From Parvularia atlantis (taxonomy: Eukaryota): DNA of 64,000 bases. This document shows positions 50,701 to 64,000 of this stretch, one piece after another (the stretch's first letter is position 1; every line of letters begins with the position of its first letter). Under the pieces are notes generated by a model, which searched no databases, had not been told where the DNA came from, and saw nothing but the letters and a program-made list of their open reading frames with translations. Location: contig CALSCO010000975.1 in NCBI GenBank assembly GCA_943704415.1, positions 1-64,000 on the forward strand, read 5' to 3'. Made by a program: the position numbers and the translations under genes.

Positions 50701-53700
50701 AGGGGCCGGTTGAGGGGGCCTTTATGCGCGGCCGGCTCACCCGTGCACGCGCAGCATCAACAAGGCGTACGAGTTCCTGCTCACGTCGAGCAAGGCGCGG
50801 CACGACGGGCCCGACCCGGCCCGCATCGTGCTGCTGCTCCGCGCCCAGACAATTCTGTTCTCGCGCTACGGCGACGTGCTCAAGCCGTACAAGTACGCCG
50901 GGTACCCGATGCTCATCAAGACGATCGACATGGAGACCAAGGACGAGCGCCTGTTCTCGCGGTGCGCGGCCGCGTGCGACGGGCGGGCCCGGCTGACATG
51001 TGGCCGCCAGCACGCACCCGCTCCTGCCGGCGGCCTCCGAGCTGGCGTACCACACGATCCGCGTGTCGGCGCTAAATGCCGAAGGTTTGCGCGCGTGCGT
51101 GAGCGCGTGCTTCGTTGTGCTGACCGGCCTGCCGCGCGCGCGCGCGCCAGAGCTGCGGCGCGAGGGCGGCCTCGAAGTCGTGTCGCTTTCGTTCAACCGG
51201 TGCGTGGACGTGATCCAGTCCAAGAGCGGCTCCGACGAGGTCGCGGTGCAGGTGCGTGCACGGCGGCTCGTGGGCGTGCTGATGCTGCGCCGCCAAAACA
51301 GGTCGCGACGCACCTGCTGCGCCTGTTTGCGTCCGCGTCCGCGTTCGACAAGTGCCGCGCCAAGCTGTACGAGCAGCCGACGGTCGTCTCGAACGTGTCG
51401 CGCTGCCTGTTCTTCAAGGGCGCGCCCAAGCTCGTGGCCGCGGCGATCGAGTGCGTGATCGAGTTTGCGATCGACAAGCAGCTGCAAGACATGGTGCGCG
51501 CGCGCTCGCGCGGGCCGCCCTTACACCGTGACCGTGACCGTGGCCCTGCGCGCACGCAGCTGCTTGACGCCGGCGTGCTCTGGCATCTGCTGCAGTACCT
51601 GTTCATGTACGACTACACGCTCACCGAAGGCGGCGTGCAGGCGTCGGTCGAGTCGAACCAACAGGAGGCGCGTCACAGGCAGCCCCGCTGAGATGATGGA
51701 CTGACCGACAGACAAACCGCGCGCGTGGCGACAGGTGGCCAACTACAACGCGCACGTCGGCTTCCGCGCCCTGGGCCGCCTCGGCGGCTATTTCAAGCGC
51801 GACGAGCACAGCCCGGTCGAGGTAAGCCGGAGACGCGCGATTGGACGGTTGCTGACACGCGCGCGCGCGTGTGCGTGTGCGTGTGCAGATCCCGCCGTCG
51901 TTCATCCGGCGCGTGACTGGCGCGGATGGGTCCTCGGTCGCGGTTGTGGCCGGCTCGGCACCGATGGCGAATGGCGAGCCCACAGCAGACCAGACGCAGG
52001 AGCTCGTGCGCGCTTGTCCTCCGACCGTGCGACGTTCTGACGTCGCTCGCTGCCGCGCAGGAGTGGAAGGCGAACCGCTTGCTCAATGGCGTCGAGATGG
52101 AGACACCTGTCAACGAGCGCCTGCGCAAAGGCCTGCGCGCGCTGCTCACGCCGTACCTCGAGAAGCAGCTGGCGCGGCGCGACGGCAACGAGGCGCTCAA
52201 GCTCGCGACGAGGTGCGTGGTGACCCCGCGCGCCATGTGGGCTCACGCACGCGTGCACGCACAGCAACTCGGAGACGCCGTACCTGATCTGGAACAACGG
52301 CACGCGCGCCGAGCTCAACGAGCTGATCGAGCGGGCGCAGGAGCGCGCGATGAAGGGCACGCTGCGCGACCAGACGCTCGGCGCCGTGTACGTCTACAGC
52401 GACCTGAAAGACGAGGTGCGGCGCGCGGGCGCATGCCGTGGGCCGCGACGGCTGACGTCACGGCGAACGCGCGCGCGTGCTCACAGCTGATGGTCGGCGA
52501 CATCTACGTGCGCGTCTACAACCTACAGCCGCAGTTCCCGCTCGAAGACTACGACGCGTGCGTGCGTGCGGGTGCCGGCACGCGTGCTCGTGCTGAACGC
52601 CGCTGCGTGCGCAGCTTTGCGATCGCGCTGCTGGGCTACCTGCGGCGAACGGGCGAGGTGCTGCTCAAGGGACTCACGCCCGAGGACGACCCGACGATCG
52701 AGCCGCGACCAAAGACGCTCGAGCGCACGGCGATGGTGCGGGCGTGCAGCCGGTGCGCTGCGCACGTGCTGATCGCGTGGCACAGGTGCTCGAGAGCCTG
52801 CACAACGTCCTCAAGATCCAGCCCGAGACGGCCAAGCACACGGTGAGCGCCGAGTGCGCGATGACGCGTTGTGGTGTCGGCCGACCGCGTGGCGTTGCGC
52901 AGATCCAGCGGTACAAGCTGCTGTTCTACTTCCTGCGCATCACCGACGCGCCCGCGGTGCAGCTGCACGCGCTGCATGTCATCTCAGCGATCACGTCAAA
53001 CAAGGTGCGCGGGTGCTGCGGCCACGAGGGGTACGCGCGAGGCTGAGCAGAGGGTGTGCGCGCTGCAGGATTGCGTGGCGTCGATTGCCGAGTCGGGCGT
53101 GATGGCCAACGTGCTCATCCTGCTCGAGGAACTGCCGTCGGCGCACGAGACTGCGCTGGAGGCGCTTTACGGTGCGTCAACCGTGCGCGTCGGTCTGGCG
53201 CCCCGTGCCTTGACGGTCGCGTGCGATCGCAGCGCTGGCCTCAAACACGAAGATCGTCGCCGAGCTGCTGCTCAAGGGCGCGCTGCTGTACCTGCTGTCC
53301 ATGTTCTGCAACTCGCGCAATCCGGCCGTGCGGCTGGCGACGGCCGGCGTACTGGCCAAGATGGCGTCCGACAAGGTGCGCGCCGCCTGGATGGAAACAC
53401 GCGGCCGGTTGGCTGACGTACGCCGCAGCTCAACGGGCCCCGTGTCATCATCCAGCTGGCCAAGTTCCTGCCGCCGATCTTCATGGATGCGATGCGCGAG
53501 AACGCCGAGGCCAGCGTGCACATGTTTGAGGTTGGTGGGCGACCGTGCAATTATGGCACGCTCGCCGGACTGAATCGGCGCTCGCGCCCGCAGAGCAACC
53601 AGGAAAACCCGGAGCTGGTGTGGGACGACGCGGCACGGCGGCGCGTGCAGACCGAGGTCGTGCGGATGCAGCAGGAGCTGTACAAGGAGCAGTTGACGAA

Positions 53701-54936
53701 CGCCAACGCCAAGCTGGTGCTGCCAGACGGCTTCGAGGTGCGGTGCAGCTCGCCAAAGCAGCAGGTCCTGACCTGCGCGCGCACGCCCAGCCGGTCTACG
53801 GCACGGTCGAGGGCCACCTGATGGTCGGCGGCGTGTTTGTGGCGCTGTTCATCAAGCAGCCGCATTGGGGCCTGCGCAACCCGAAGGACTTTGCCGTCGG
53901 CGTGATTGAGGCGTGGATCGCGGCTGGTGCGTGCTTTGCCGTCGTGCGCTCGGGGCTGAGATCATCGCGCCCGCAGCGTCGCAGCGCAGCGTCAAGGAGG
54001 ACACGGTCAACCAGCTGTCGGAGGCGTTTGTGATGCTGCTGAACGTGCAGGTGCGCTGGTGCTGGCGGCGGCGAAAGCAGCGCAGGCTCACACGCGTGCG
54101 CGGCGCACGCTAGGCCCTTATGGCGCCGTACGTCGCCTCGCTCGGGTACATTGGGCGGATCCTGGGCGTCGTGACGCAGCAGGACCACGACGTGGTGATG
54201 ATCTCAGCCGTGGCGATGCGTGCGTTGCGCGTGGTCGTGTGGCTGCGTCGCCGACGCCTGACGCATTCTGTCGGCAGTGCGCGCGCTGACTGAGCACCAG
54301 CCGTGCGTTGAGGCGATGGCGTCGATCAGCTGCATTGTGCCGATCTTGCACCTGATGAAGGCGACGCCCAAGGCGATCGGCATGGCGGCCGAGACGCTGC
54401 GCAACATCTTTGACAAGAACAACCCCGAGAAGGGTGCGCGGACGTCGCGAGCGCGTGTGGCCACTGCTGACGCGTGCGCAGGCAACATCGTCAAGCAGGC
54501 CCTGGACGCGCAGCTGATCCAGTTCATGCTCGGCCTGCTGGAGAGCGACCTAGGCGGCGTGGACAACCCGGCGGCGGTCAAGGCGCAGCTGGTGAACGCG
54601 CTCAAGGGTGCGCGCACGCGTGGCCCGTCCTCGCCGGGCTCCTCACGCGCACCACAGCGATGGTCAAGGACATGCAGTACGGCGAGTTCGTGCGCAACAT
54701 CCTGGACGAGTCGAACGTGTGGAACGCCTACCGCGACCAGCGGCACGACCTCTTCCTCACGCACGAGACGATCAAGGGCTACCTCACGGGCCCGGTCAGG
54801 TGCGCGTGGTGCTCTGGCGTGCCGTGCGGCCTACCGCTGACGCCTGGTGGGGCGCAGCGCCACGAAAGGCTACCTGACGGCCGGGCCGGCGAACGTGACG
54901 CTGCCCACAGCGCCGCCGCCGATGGACGACGAGTGA
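44737..54936 (+). CDS. DNAJC13: RME-8 / DnaJ homolog subfamily C member 13
   Basis: [32 protein letters not shown]-like [23 protein letters not shown] domain [58 protein letters not shown]. Confidence 0.97.
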
Positions 54937-54984
54937 GGTCCGTGCAGGTGCTGTACAGCTGTTAGCGTTGCTTGCACCTCCCGA

Positions 54985-56023
54985 CTACAAGGCCGGCTCG
55001 ACACGCCAGTGCGGCGACGGCGTCTGCTTGAGCCAGTTGAAGTCCTCCACGCGGTCCCACAGGTTGACCTGCGCGCTCAGGCCGGCGTCCTTGGCCGCGC
55101 GTGGGCGGTGAGCGGCGAGCACGCGGTCGCGGCGCAGTCGTACCTGCAAGTGCTGCTCAAAGCCGTCGTACCACAGCGGGGCCGGCGCCACGGTCATGCC
55201 GTCGCAGTTCTCGATGATCGGGCTGCTGTTGGCGAGCATGCGCACGGTGCAGTCGCGGCTGTCGTGCATGCGGACCTGGCGGCGGCGGGTGAGCCGGTGC
55301 GCGAGCGGGCTGAACGCCGCGTCACCTGATGCGCGGCAAAGACAAAGACGCAGCGCTCGCAGTGCGTCGCGAAGAACGCGCCCGCTAGCGGCCCGAGGCG
55401 CAGCGTGCAGTCGGTCGCGTGCTCAACGTGGGCCGACGCCGCGTGCACGGGCACGTCGATGGTGCAGCCGCCCAGGTGCCGGAACAGCAGATGCTGCCCG
55501 CGCGCCGCTTCTGCGTCGAGCACGACGGCGCGACTGCTCGCGTCCTGCACGCCGTGCGCGGCCGCAGTGTTGGCGACAGGTGGTGCGGGCGCGTGCGCCT
55601 CGCTCGCTGGTGGTGCCGCAGCCGGCGCGGTCGATGTAGCTGCTGCAGCCCCGCGCGACCGGAAAGCGAACTTGCGCGGCCCGGCCAGCTCGGCGCGCCG
55701 CGCCGCCACGGCCGCTTGCACGGTCTTGAGGGTCTGCACACGCACGTGCGTCTGAGCCACGGCGGCAGCATCACGGCGCGCATGCGCGCACACCTCAACA
55801 CACGTGCGCACGTCGTACGGCAGCAGATCGCTCACAGCGGCATTCACGCGCGCCTGCAGCGCCTGCACGCGCTCCGCGGCGGCGGCGAGCGATGCGGCAT
55901 CGCTCGCGGCGGCGAGATCGGCCTCGATCGCTGCGCGCGCGCGTGCCGTGCGCCGTGTCAGGCGGGTGCGACGCGGCTGGCAGCCGCACCGCGCGCCTCC
56001 GCCACGAGTTGCGTGACGCTCAT
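54985..56023 (-). CDS. TBCC: Tubulin-specific chaperone C
   Basis: SDLLPYDVR, PRKFAFR, QVRMHDSRDC, SSPIIENC, NLWDRVEDFNWLKQTPSPHW. Confidence 0.92.
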
Positions 56024-56186
56024 GAGGCGGTGCCCCTCCAACGACTGACTGTCACACTTCGTGGCACGGCTGTGCAGGTGGCTGACGCGCGCGTCTCCCG
56101 CTCGCGCCGCAGCCCCGCGCACGCGCCGTACGGACGAGCGCGAGCCCCAGTTCGACGAGCAGCAGCGGTAGCAGCAGCAGGAGACG

Positions 56187-57468
56187 ATGGCGTCAGACCG
56201 CGTGGCCCCCCTCGTCGATAGGGCGACGCTGATCTCGTCCGGCCTGCCCAACCCGGGCCCGTTCGAGCAGCTGCAGAAGGAGTCGCGCGGTGCGGCGTCG
56301 CTCCCTTCCTCCCGTCCTGCGCATGCACACGTGCACATGGGGCGCTCACGGCCGCGCGCAGACGTCTTCGTGACCAACTTCCTCTTTGACGGCGCCAAGT
56401 TTGACCTGTCCAAGATGCTCAGCCCGACGTTCCAGGTCACGCACCGCTTCGTCCTCGGCTCGTCGACGCAGCCGCAGAACTTCAACTACGGCGCGTTTGT
56501 GGCGTCCAACCGGGTGCGTGCGGCCGTGCGGGCACGTGGCCGGTGCGCTCGCTGACCTAGTGGGCGCCGCGAAAGGGGTTCATCATGGGCGAGACCGACG
56601 CCAACTTCAACCTGAACGGGCGCTTCAGCAGCATGGTCACGGAGCACCTCACGTGCAAGGGCATCACGCAGGTGCGCCCGCCCGCCGCTGCGCCGAAGCC
56701 GATGCTCACGCTCGCCGCAGATGAACGCGAACGGCAAGGCGTTCATCGGCGAGGTCGAGTACAGCGCGGGCGACCAGTCGACCAACTTCAAGCTGATCAA
56801 CCCGAACGTGCGCGCGGCTGGCGGGCGGGCGACGGTGGGGTGCACGCTAACGCGGGGCGCATCGCGCGCAGCTGTTTGAGGGCACGGGCGTGTGCACGCT
56901 GAGCTATCTGCAGTCGGTCACGCGCCGGCTCGTGCTCGGCGTCGAGGGGACAGCATCGCTCGGCCCGCAGCGCGCGATCAACTCGAGCCTGGCCTTTGTC
57001 GCGCGGCTGTCGACGGACAACGCGGTCGTCAACGTCAATGCGACGACCAACGGCAACCTGCAGCTATCGTACTACCAAAAGGCGCGCGTGCGCGTGTGGG
57101 TGTGCGCGTGCGCGTCGGCTCGCGGCTGACCACTGCCCGTGCGCAGGTCAACGAGCAGATATCGATCGCGTCCGAGCTCGAGGCCGGCATCAGCAGCCAG
57201 CAGCGCGACTCGATCTTCACCATGGGCACCAAGTTTGACCTGCGCGCGGCGACGCTGCGGGCGCAGGTGCGCCGCGGCTGCAGGCGACACGACCCGCCTG
57301 CGCACGCTGACGACTCGCCCGCTGCCGCTCCAGCTCGACTCGACTGGCAAGGTGGCCGTCGTGCTCGAGGAGAAGGTCAACCCGGCGTTCTCGGTGCTGC
57401 TGTCGGGCGAGCTCGACCACTGGAAGTCGACGTCGCGGTTCGGCGTGGGCTTCAACTTTGGGGCGTGA
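56187..57468 (+). CDS. TOM40: Mitochondrial import channel Tom40
   Basis: GLPNPGPFEQLQKE, FQVTHRF, YLQSVTRRLVLG, SYYQKVNEQI, SGELDHWK..SRFGVG. Confidence 0.95.
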
Positions 57469-57513
57469 GGCGCACAGGCACAAGAACGTTCTGTTTGTGT
57501 GGCCCGGGCGACG

Positions 57514-58186
57514 ATGGGCGCGCACAGTCAGGCGCGCGAGGATCCGGCGTGGGCGCGGCTGCTCACCGGGCCGACTGAGGCGGTAGGGCGGCGCGCGCAC
57601 GCACGTCCGTGTCACGCTGACCGTGCCGGCCCCAAGCCGAGCGGCGAGCGCGTGCAGTGGGCGCGCAAGCAGCTGCGGGCGGGCGCTGACCTGGCGCGCG
57701 TGGCCGAGCTTGCAGTACGTGCCGCGGCGTGCGCACGCACACACACACACGCTGCTCACGGCCGCCGCGGCGCAGCCACACGCGGACGACGTCACCGAGA
57801 GCACAGAGTGCGTGGATGCGTGTACGCGCGTGGCAATGCCGCTGATCTCGCGACGCAGGATGGACGTGGCGCCGACGCCAACGCAGCGCGACTGGGACGA
57901 CGTGATGCTGGCGGACGCGCGCGCGCCGCACGGCTTCACCGGGTCCGGCGAGTCGTCGCAGTCGCTCTCGCAGCCCGGCCACGGGCAGCTGATGGCCGGC
58001 CTGGCCACGACGCTGCTCGGGAGCGGCCCGGGCGAGCTCGAGGTGGACCTGCGGCGGATGCTCCAAGTGCGTGACCTTGTGCGCCCCTCGACGCGCTCGC
58101 TGACGAGGCCGCGCGCGGACGCGCAGCACAACACGGACTTTACGCTGTCCCAGCCGGCGTGCCAGCCGCGCCAGCCGCTGTGGTGA
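57514..58186 (+). CDS. Small hypothetical multi-exon protein
   Basis: Open exons separated by GT..CTGAC/CTCAC..AG segments; ends HNTDFTLSQPACQPRQPLW*; no family recognised. Confidence 0.45.
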
Positions 58187-58226
58187 GGCGCGCGTGTCTG
58201 TACACTACACAGGGGAAGCGACCCGC

Positions 58227-58335
58227 TCAGCCCCACGCCGGCGTGGTCGAGTAGTTGATGACCAGTTTCCCGTCGATGTTGAAGCACTGCGCGCGGCCGC
58301 GCGAGCTCAGCCCCGCACGCGCACTCGGCTCGTGC

Positions 58336-58408
<73 letters not shown>

Positions 58409-58769
58409 GACGCCGCACCTGGTACAGGTTGGCCACGGTCTCGTCCGGCGAGGGCTGGAACGCCTGGTTGATGTAGGCAAACTGCGCGTGTCACGCGCGC
58501 GGTCGGCGGCCCCGTCCGCGCAGCGTGCGAGAGCGAGCGCGCGCACCACCGACTCGTCCGGCTTGAGGTGCAGCATCTTCCTCAGCGTCTCGAGCACGAC
58601 CCGGAACTTCTCCTGGTCGCTGATCGCGAACTTGTTCTTCTTGAGCACGCTCGCGTTGCCCGTGTTGCGCAGGAGGATGACCACTGCGGCGCGCGCGCGT
58701 CACGGCACAGGCGGCGGCAAGGGCGCGTGCCGGGGACGCGCCTCGGTTGGGCTGCGCCGTGTCACCCAT
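58227..58769 (-). CDS. ATG12: Ubiquitin-like autophagy protein Atg12
   Basis: VILLRNTGNASVLKKNKFAI..|FAYINQAFQPSPDETVANLYQ|CFNIDGKLVINYSTTPAWG*. Confidence 0.95.
58337..58407. repeat. (GA)n microsatellite, about 35 units, in an ATG12 intron
   Basis: Seen directly in the sequence. Confidence 0.97.
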
Positions 58770-58941
58770 GGCCGCACTGCCAGGCGTTTGTTAGTGTGGC
58801 CGCGGTCAGTGACAGAGCCCACGTGGCTGCCGACGTCGAGCACCGCCGCACGGCCGCGCACCGTGACAGCCCGCAGCCTTGGCGCAGTTGGGCACTCCGC
58901 TGGCCGCAGCCGCGGCGACGGCGACGGCAGCGGGGACAGCG

Positions 58942-60276
58942 ATGCCCGTCGGCGGCGACCTCGCGCACCCGCCGCTCGCCTACGCCGTGATCGCGGGCGG
59001 CGTGGGCGGCGGCATGGCCGACTTCACCCTGCACAGGTGCGGGGGCGGGGGGCGCGCGGTGCGACATGACACGCGCGCACGTGGCGCGCAGCGTCGACAC
59101 CGTCAAGACGCGCATGCAGGGGCAGCCGATTCCACTCCGGTACACGGGCACATTGCACGCGTTCACCTCGATCCTGCAGCAGGAGGGCTTTGTGCGCGGG
59201 CTGTACTCGGGTGCGTGCGCGAGATGTGCCAGTGCGTGCTGCGCTGACGGCGCGCCGCAGGCATCTCGGCCGCGATGGTCGCGTCGGTCCCGTCGACGAT
59301 GATCTACTTCTGCACGTACGAGCTCGCCAAGCGGCGCCTGACGGAGCTGCTGCCGGACCCGGTGGCGCACCTGACGGCTGGTGCGTTCTGCCGTCGCCTG
59401 TCTTGCATGATGCGCTCACACTGTGTGTGCGCACAGGCGCGGCGGGCGACCTCGTCGCGTGCACGCTGACGATGCCGGCCGAGGTCGTCAAGATCCGCAT
59501 GCAGATGCAGGGGCGGCACGACAACCCGCTGCAGCTCACGCCGTACAACTACCGCAGCGCGCGCGACGCCCTGCGCAGCATCTACCGCACCGAGGGCCTC
59601 GCGGCGCTGTACCACGGGTACCGCGCCACGGTCACGCGCGACATGCCCTTCTCGGCGGTGCAGTTTGCCGTCTACGGTGCGCGCGACGCGTGCCTTCGAT
59701 CGCGACGGTGGCTGACGGGGGGCGGGGGGGCGGCAGAGTACGTCAAGGTGCTCATGCTGGCGACGAGAGCGGACGGCATCGGGTCAGAACGGCTCGCGCC
59801 GACCATGTCCTTCAGCGAGTCGCTCGCGGCCGGGGCGATCGCGGGCGGCATCGCCGGCGCCGTGACAACGCCGCTGGACGTGGTCAAGACGCAGCTGCAG
59901 ACGAGCACGCACGGCCCGCCGCTGGGCGACGCGGTCGCGGCGGTGCGGCGACGCGAGCGCGGCCTGCTGAGCAGCATGCGGCGCGCGTACCGGCTCGAGG
60001 GCGTGCGCGGGCTGTTCCGCGGGGTCGTGCCGCGCGTGATGGTGCGCGCGCACGCGTGTGTGCGTGTACGTGTGAGCGGCTGACGTCCGGTGCGCGCGCG
60101 CACAGTGGACCGTGCCGCAGTCGTCGATCTTGTTTGTCGCCTACGAGGGCATCCTCTCGGCGCTGCTACTCGCCTTCCCGCCCGAGGAGCCCGACGCGTC
60201 GCTGTCGCCGCACCACCGCCGCATGCCCTCGCTGCCCGTCGCCCTTCCCTCGACGGCCCTGCCGCCCGCGCGGTGA
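58942..60276 (+). CDS. Mitochondrial carrier (SLC25) family protein
   Basis: Three carrier motifs: SVDTVKTRMQ, PAEVVKIRMQ, PLDVVKTQLQ; also GLYSG, RDMPFSAVQF, GLFRGVVPR. Confidence 0.93.
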
Positions 60277-60308
60277 AGCACGTTGTGTGACACAAACAGG
60301 ATCGAACC

Positions 60309-63067
60309 GTGGCGCCACGCACAGGACGCGCAGCGCGCCACGCGCCGGTCGCGGTCGCCGCGCCGGTCGTGGTGGCCGCCGCCGCCAACAGCGACGCGCC
60401 GCGGCGACGCGCCGGCAGCGGCAAGCGCCCGCGCCGCGTGCTCGTGGCGAGCGACAGCGACGGCGAGGCCCACGGTGACGGCGAGGACGACGGCGACTTC
60501 CAGACGGCGCAGGGCGACGAAGCCGACTTCCCGCGCGAGCTGCGCACGCCTGGCCGCCGTATGCGCCCGGCCACTGCACCGCCGCCGCCGCCGCAGCAGC
60601 AGCAGCAGCAGCCGTCAGTCATCGAGGAGCCGATGTGGTACAACAAGCACGCGCCACGCACGGCCGAGGCGTGCGCCGTGCACGCGCGCAAGCAGCGCGA
60701 CGTGGGCGAGGCCGTGGCCGGCGCGGTCGCGGCGCGCACAGGGCAGCTGCTCGTGCTGACAGGACCGGCCGGGACCGGCAAGACGGCGGTGCTGCGCCTC
60801 GTCGCGGCCGAGCAGCGCCTGGCCGTGCACGAGTGGGTCAACCCGCTGGACGAGAACGCGTTCGCGCGCACCTTTGGCGACCACGACCAGCGTGCGGCGC
60901 GGGCCCCCCCCTGCATCACGGCTCTGGATGACGCGCACGCGCCGACGCAGGCGCATTCGAGTACGTGCCCGTCCTCGCCAAGTTTGAGCAGTTCCTCGCG
61001 CGGCTGCGGCACCACGCGCCGCTGCAGCCCGCGGCCGACGACCACGACCACGACCACGACCACGACAGCAGCAGCCGCAGCAGTGCCGCGGGCGCGCTCG
61101 TGCTGATCGAGGACGTGCCCAACCTCGCACCCGCGACCCAGCCGCGCTTCCACGCGGCGCTGCGGCGGTACCTGCGCAGTGCGTTTACGCGGCCGCCCTG
61201 CTCGTCCTTGTCGGCTGACAGGGGACCGGTGCTGCAGCGCGCCCGCCGCCACCGCCGCTCGTGCTGATCGTGAGCACGCTGCAAGAGGGCCACATGGACC
61301 TGTCGGACCTTGTGCCGCGCGACATCCTCGCGTCGCCGCAGTGCCGCCAGATCAAGTGCGCAGACACAGCGGCCGCCGGCCTACTCATGGATGCTACAGA
61401 TTCAACGAGATCGCGCCGACGCTGCTCACCAAGGCGCTTAAGCGCGTCATCGCCGTTGAGCGGTGCGCGTGCGACCGTGCACCGGCGGCCGGGGCTGACA
61501 CGGTTGTGCCCAAGGAAACGGCAGGTGCGGCGCGTGCCGAGCACGGACGAGCTCGCGAGCATCGTCGAGAGGTGCTGTGGCGGGCGGGCGCATGCTGCCT
61601 CGCTGATGCACTGCGCACCGTGCAGTGCCGGCGGTGACATCCGCGCCGCGCTCAACAGCCTGCAGTTTGTCATGTACGCGCCCGCTCACCGCCGCCAGCC
61701 CCCAAGCCAAGGTTCGTGCGACGCAGCGCGGCGCAACCCGTCGCGCTCACCGGCGCGCGCTGCAGCGACGGCGTTCCCGGCTGCGCTGCTGACGCGCTTC
61801 GGCGGACTGGTTGGCCACGACGCGCTCGTTGACGCGGACGAGACCGAGCGCCTGCCGTGCGTGCGATCGCCCGCCAACGTGTGTCGGGGCTGAGCGATGT
61901 GCACGCAGCTTTGCCGCGCGTCTCGGGCGCGACACGTCAACGCAGCTGCTGCACATCGTCGGCAAGGTGATCTACGCCAAGCGTGCGTTCGTCACCGCGG
62001 TGCCGCGCGTGCCGGTTGACGCCACGGCGAGCCAGGCCTCGCGCCCGAGGAAGGCCGGACGTCGCCCGAGGACCAGCTGCCGCCACACCTGCAGCACCAC
62101 CGTCGCCCGCCGCTCAAGAGCAACCCGGACGTGCGTGCATGCATGCGCGCGCACGTGGGCTGCCGCGCAGGAGCTGAGCGCGGCCGGGCACCAGGCGATG
62201 CTCGAGCTGACGGGGCTGAGCGCGGGCCGGTTCAACGCGTGGCTTCACCAGAACTACGTCTCGCTATATGCGTCCGTGGACGAGGCCGTGCAGGCGGCGG
62301 AGCACCTGAGTCTGGCCGACGTGCTCGACGGCACGTGGACCGCGCGGGCGTCGCTGGACGAGTGCACGGCCTCGGTTGCGTGCCGCGGCCTCATGTTCCA
62401 CCACCAGCAGATCCACGCGCGGTCGTCGTTTGGCGGCCTGCGGCGGCCGGCGCTGGTGCGCGCGCGCGGTGTCCTACGTGACACAGCGTGCTTAGCTGGT
62501 CCGCCTGCACAGTTTACCGTCCAGGCCAAGACAGATGAGCTTCAGCACGCGGCGCGCGAGCTCTCGTCGCGCATGCTGCAGTGCGGCGACACGTGTGCGC
62601 TCACCTTGAGTGCGTGTGCCGTGCGGGCGCGGCGCGGCGCTGATCAATCCGCGGCAGCCGTGCAGATGGCCGAGGAGTACGTGCCGTACCGGCTGCGCCT
62701 CGCAAGCCGGGTGCCGCTGGCGCGCGGTGCGTGGCAAGGATAACACGTCTGTGCAGCGCTGAAGGGGATCGCAGCGCTCGACGGGTGGCAGGGCACGCTG
62801 CGGCAGTTGGCAGTGTTTGCGGGGCCGACGGGGCCGCCGGTGCGCGCGGCCTCGGGCCTGCAGGAGGACGACATGGTGCAGGACGTTGAGCGTGATGACA
62901 GGGTGCCGGATGTCCTCGACCCGGGGGACGCGGCCGCCGCGCTGGCCGCGCTCGCGGACGCCGACGCCGACGACGCGGCCGAGGCGGCGGCGCTGGCAGC
63001 GGCCGCGGACGACAACGACGACGACGACGACGACGACATTGTCGACACAGACCTCAGCACGACGTGA
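60309..63067 (+). CDS. RAD17: Checkpoint clamp loader Rad17 (start uncertain: GTG 60309 or ATG 60561)
   Basis: WYNKHAPRT...AVHARK..DV, LLVLTGPAGTGKT, EWVNP, LIEDVPN, IKFNEIAPT, GDIRAALNSLQF, LGRD...LHIVGKVIYAKR, LHQNY; acidic tail. Confidence 0.9.
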
Positions 63068-63163
63068 TCAGCATGATCTAGACAAAAAAAAAAGATAAGG
63101 GCAGGCAGACGTGACGGCGGCAGGGCAGGGCTGGCAAGGGGCAAGCGGTGCGGGGTGGTTGTG

Positions 63164-64000
63164 TCAGGCGTCCGAGACGTGCGACGAGTCGACAGCGTCC
63201 ATAAAGTTGACCACGTCGTCTGCGCGACCCGGCCCGGGTTCAGCAACGGCGCACGGCAGAGCCAGACACGCACTAAACGCGCTGTTGATCTGGTTGTAGT
63301 TGCTGAGTACCCACGCGTCGTCGTGCGTCGGCACGGCCATGTGCGCGTCAGGAACGCTGCGAGACAGGGGCCAACGTCAGGGAAGGGGCGTGCTAGGTGG
63401 GCAGTGGTGGGAACGCACCCCATCGTTGAGTAGTCAATGCAGTTGTTTGATGCACCAAACAGACTGCTGATCAACGTCTCGTGTATGTCGGTCTCCTGCG
63501 CTGGCGCGGCGACGAGCACGCTGTCCGGCGCGAGCTCGTGCTTGATGTGGGCGGTCGGGGCGATCGGGGCGACGGCGACGGCCACTTCGCACACGCCTCC
63601 GTCTGGTGAGGCGCCTCCCTGCGAGTGCGCGCGCGCGCGCGCGTCAGCCAATGGTCCGGTGGCGCGGTGTGCACGCACGACGGTGCCATGCGGGCTCGTG
63701 CCCATCTTGAGCGCGACCGGGGGCGTCGTCGGCGGCGTAAACATGACGGCCGTGGCCGCCGAGATCGTGTCGCAGGCCAGGTGCACGGCGCCCTTACCGA
63801 CCTGCGAGACGGCCGGCGCCGCGTCGTGCACGCCATAGAGCTGGAGTGAGGGCGAACGGCGGTCGGCGGACGGCGCCGATGGCTGCAGCTGCGACTGCGG
63901 CGAGACCTTCCAGCCAAAGTGCATGCCGTTGTCCCTGGCCTCGGGTGGCGGGAAGAAGCAGCTCTGGTGCGGCACGGGCGGCGGGGTGTTGCTGTGCGCG
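63164..64000 (-). CDS. 3' part of an unknown gene running in from beyond the window end
   Basis: Coding-like exons with typical introns, ending DVVNFMDAVDSSHVSDA*. Confidence 0.45.

Overview
Very GC-rich, gene-dense eukaryotic nuclear DNA from a probable unicellular amorphean protist (inferred from a Hippo/MST kinase with SARAH tail, DNAJC13, DENND10, SMAP and HIS3; the species cannot be named). About 29 protein genes are split by many short (about 50-75 nt) spliceosomal introns (typical donor GTGCGC, branch CTGAC/CTCAC/CTAAC, acceptor CAG), so the ORF track shows only fragments. Gene models were spliced by eye, and some boundaries are approximate. Main discoveries: (1) a 431-aa intein with a degenerate LAGLIDADG domain inside the RNA polymerase I second-largest subunit (RPA2), at SPRNMYQ/CQMGKQ, with a spliceosomal intron lying exactly at the extein-intein junction and no introns inside the intein; (2) head-to-head gene pairs whose start codons are only 7-31 nt apart; (3) an intronic C/D snoRNA in RPL23A with an 18S rRNA guide; (4) many GC-AG introns; (5) a CUE-PhyH-zinc ribbon protein lacking both iron-binding histidines; (6) a possible GUG start for RAD17 and operon-like tandem gaps.
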